A stretch of DNA of 64,000 bases from a phage. Position numbers and translations under genes: made by a program. Below, in pieces: positions 63,480 through 64,000 of this stretch. The number at the start of each line of letters is the position of its first letter. Position 1 is the stretch's first letter. The notes beneath the pieces are model-generated. The model was not told where the DNA came from and ran no database searches. It saw nothing but the letters and a program-made list of their open reading frames with translations. The DNA lies in NCBI GenBank assembly GCA_024911895.1, contig GCA_024911895.1_3948.1. One strand, 5' to 3'.

Positions 63480-63960
63480 TTTTATAAAATTTTATCGGTT
63501 GTCCCAACCTCTGGGTCACCATCATATGTGAATAAAATATCTATCCTTCTTAACAGCCTTCTTAATCTTACTCTCTATATATAGTTATATAGTACTATAT
63601 AGTATCTTAGTATCTATCTAGTGGTCTTAATAGACCCTCTGTATAGCCCTTCTAAACACTCTTCTAACAAGCCTTCTTAACAATCTATACAATCACCTTA
63701 ACCATCTCTCTATAGCCTCTTAGAAGCCCCTATACACCTCTTAATCTCTATGTCACATAGATGACACTCTATAGGTGTTCACTAGGTGCTACTAAGCCTC
63801 TATATAGACTGTTTTAACAAACTTAACAGGAATATCTTTACAGACCTTATCTCACAAGGTCTAACACGGTACTAACAATGTATCTTATAAGCCTGTTATT
63901 ACCTGTATTTTAGAAAGACTGTATAGGTAATTATTCAGATTTTTAAAATTTTTATAAAAT
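63480..63960. repeat. G-poor, CT-rich low-complexity non-coding region with short reiterated motifs
   Basis: No ORF of 60 aa or more; plus strand nearly devoid of G over long stretches; recurring CTTCTTAA, CTATATAG, TCTCTATAG units. Confidence 0.5.
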
Positions 63961-64000
63961 AGGACTATCAAGTCATTTTTTAGGGTCTTTGAAGGAACTC

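Noticed and set aside
63480-63960. Possible CRISPR array in the repetitive tail region
   Set aside because: Repeats are short and irregular with no fixed repeat-spacer periodicity.

Overview
This window reads as a segment of a virulent tailed dsDNA phage genome: AT-rich, densely packed, with no integrase or repressor seen. All calls are from reading the sequence and ORF track by eye; no searches or folding programs were run.

Layout:
- 1-24.5 kb: nucleotide-metabolism and replication genes. These are nrdD (runs off the window start), a glutaredoxin-like redoxin, nrdB, nrdA, a flap-endonuclease-like gene, an SSB-like gene, a T7-like primase-helicase, dNMP kinase, family A DNA polymerase, ATP-dependent DNA ligase, DHFR and thymidylate synthase, with free-standing HNH-AP2 and GIY-YIG-like endonuclease genes between them.
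- 24.6-47.9 kb: one minus-strand structural operon. It holds two tail fibers with HxH-rich tips, baseplate genes, tape measure, a tail chaperone pair joined by a -1 frameshift site, tube and sheath, and a lambda-like head module (capsid, decoration, S49 protease-scaffold, portal, large terminase).
- 48.0-53.6 kb: an array of 27 minus-strand tRNA genes, several with atypical folds, interspersed with repeated boxes, long inverted repeats and tRNA-like hairpins.
- 53.7-55.1 kb: a vWA-domain protein with Ro60-like features directly upstream of the array in the same orientation.
- 55.8-63.4 kb: plus-strand small genes including a triple Ig-like-repeat protein and a GH24 endolysin, then a G-poor repetitive non-coding tail.

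The most interesting candidate is the vWA/Ro60-like gene together with the tRNA-like non-coding elements, which could be a phage Ro60/Y-RNA-type module. That is a hypothesis, not an established call.
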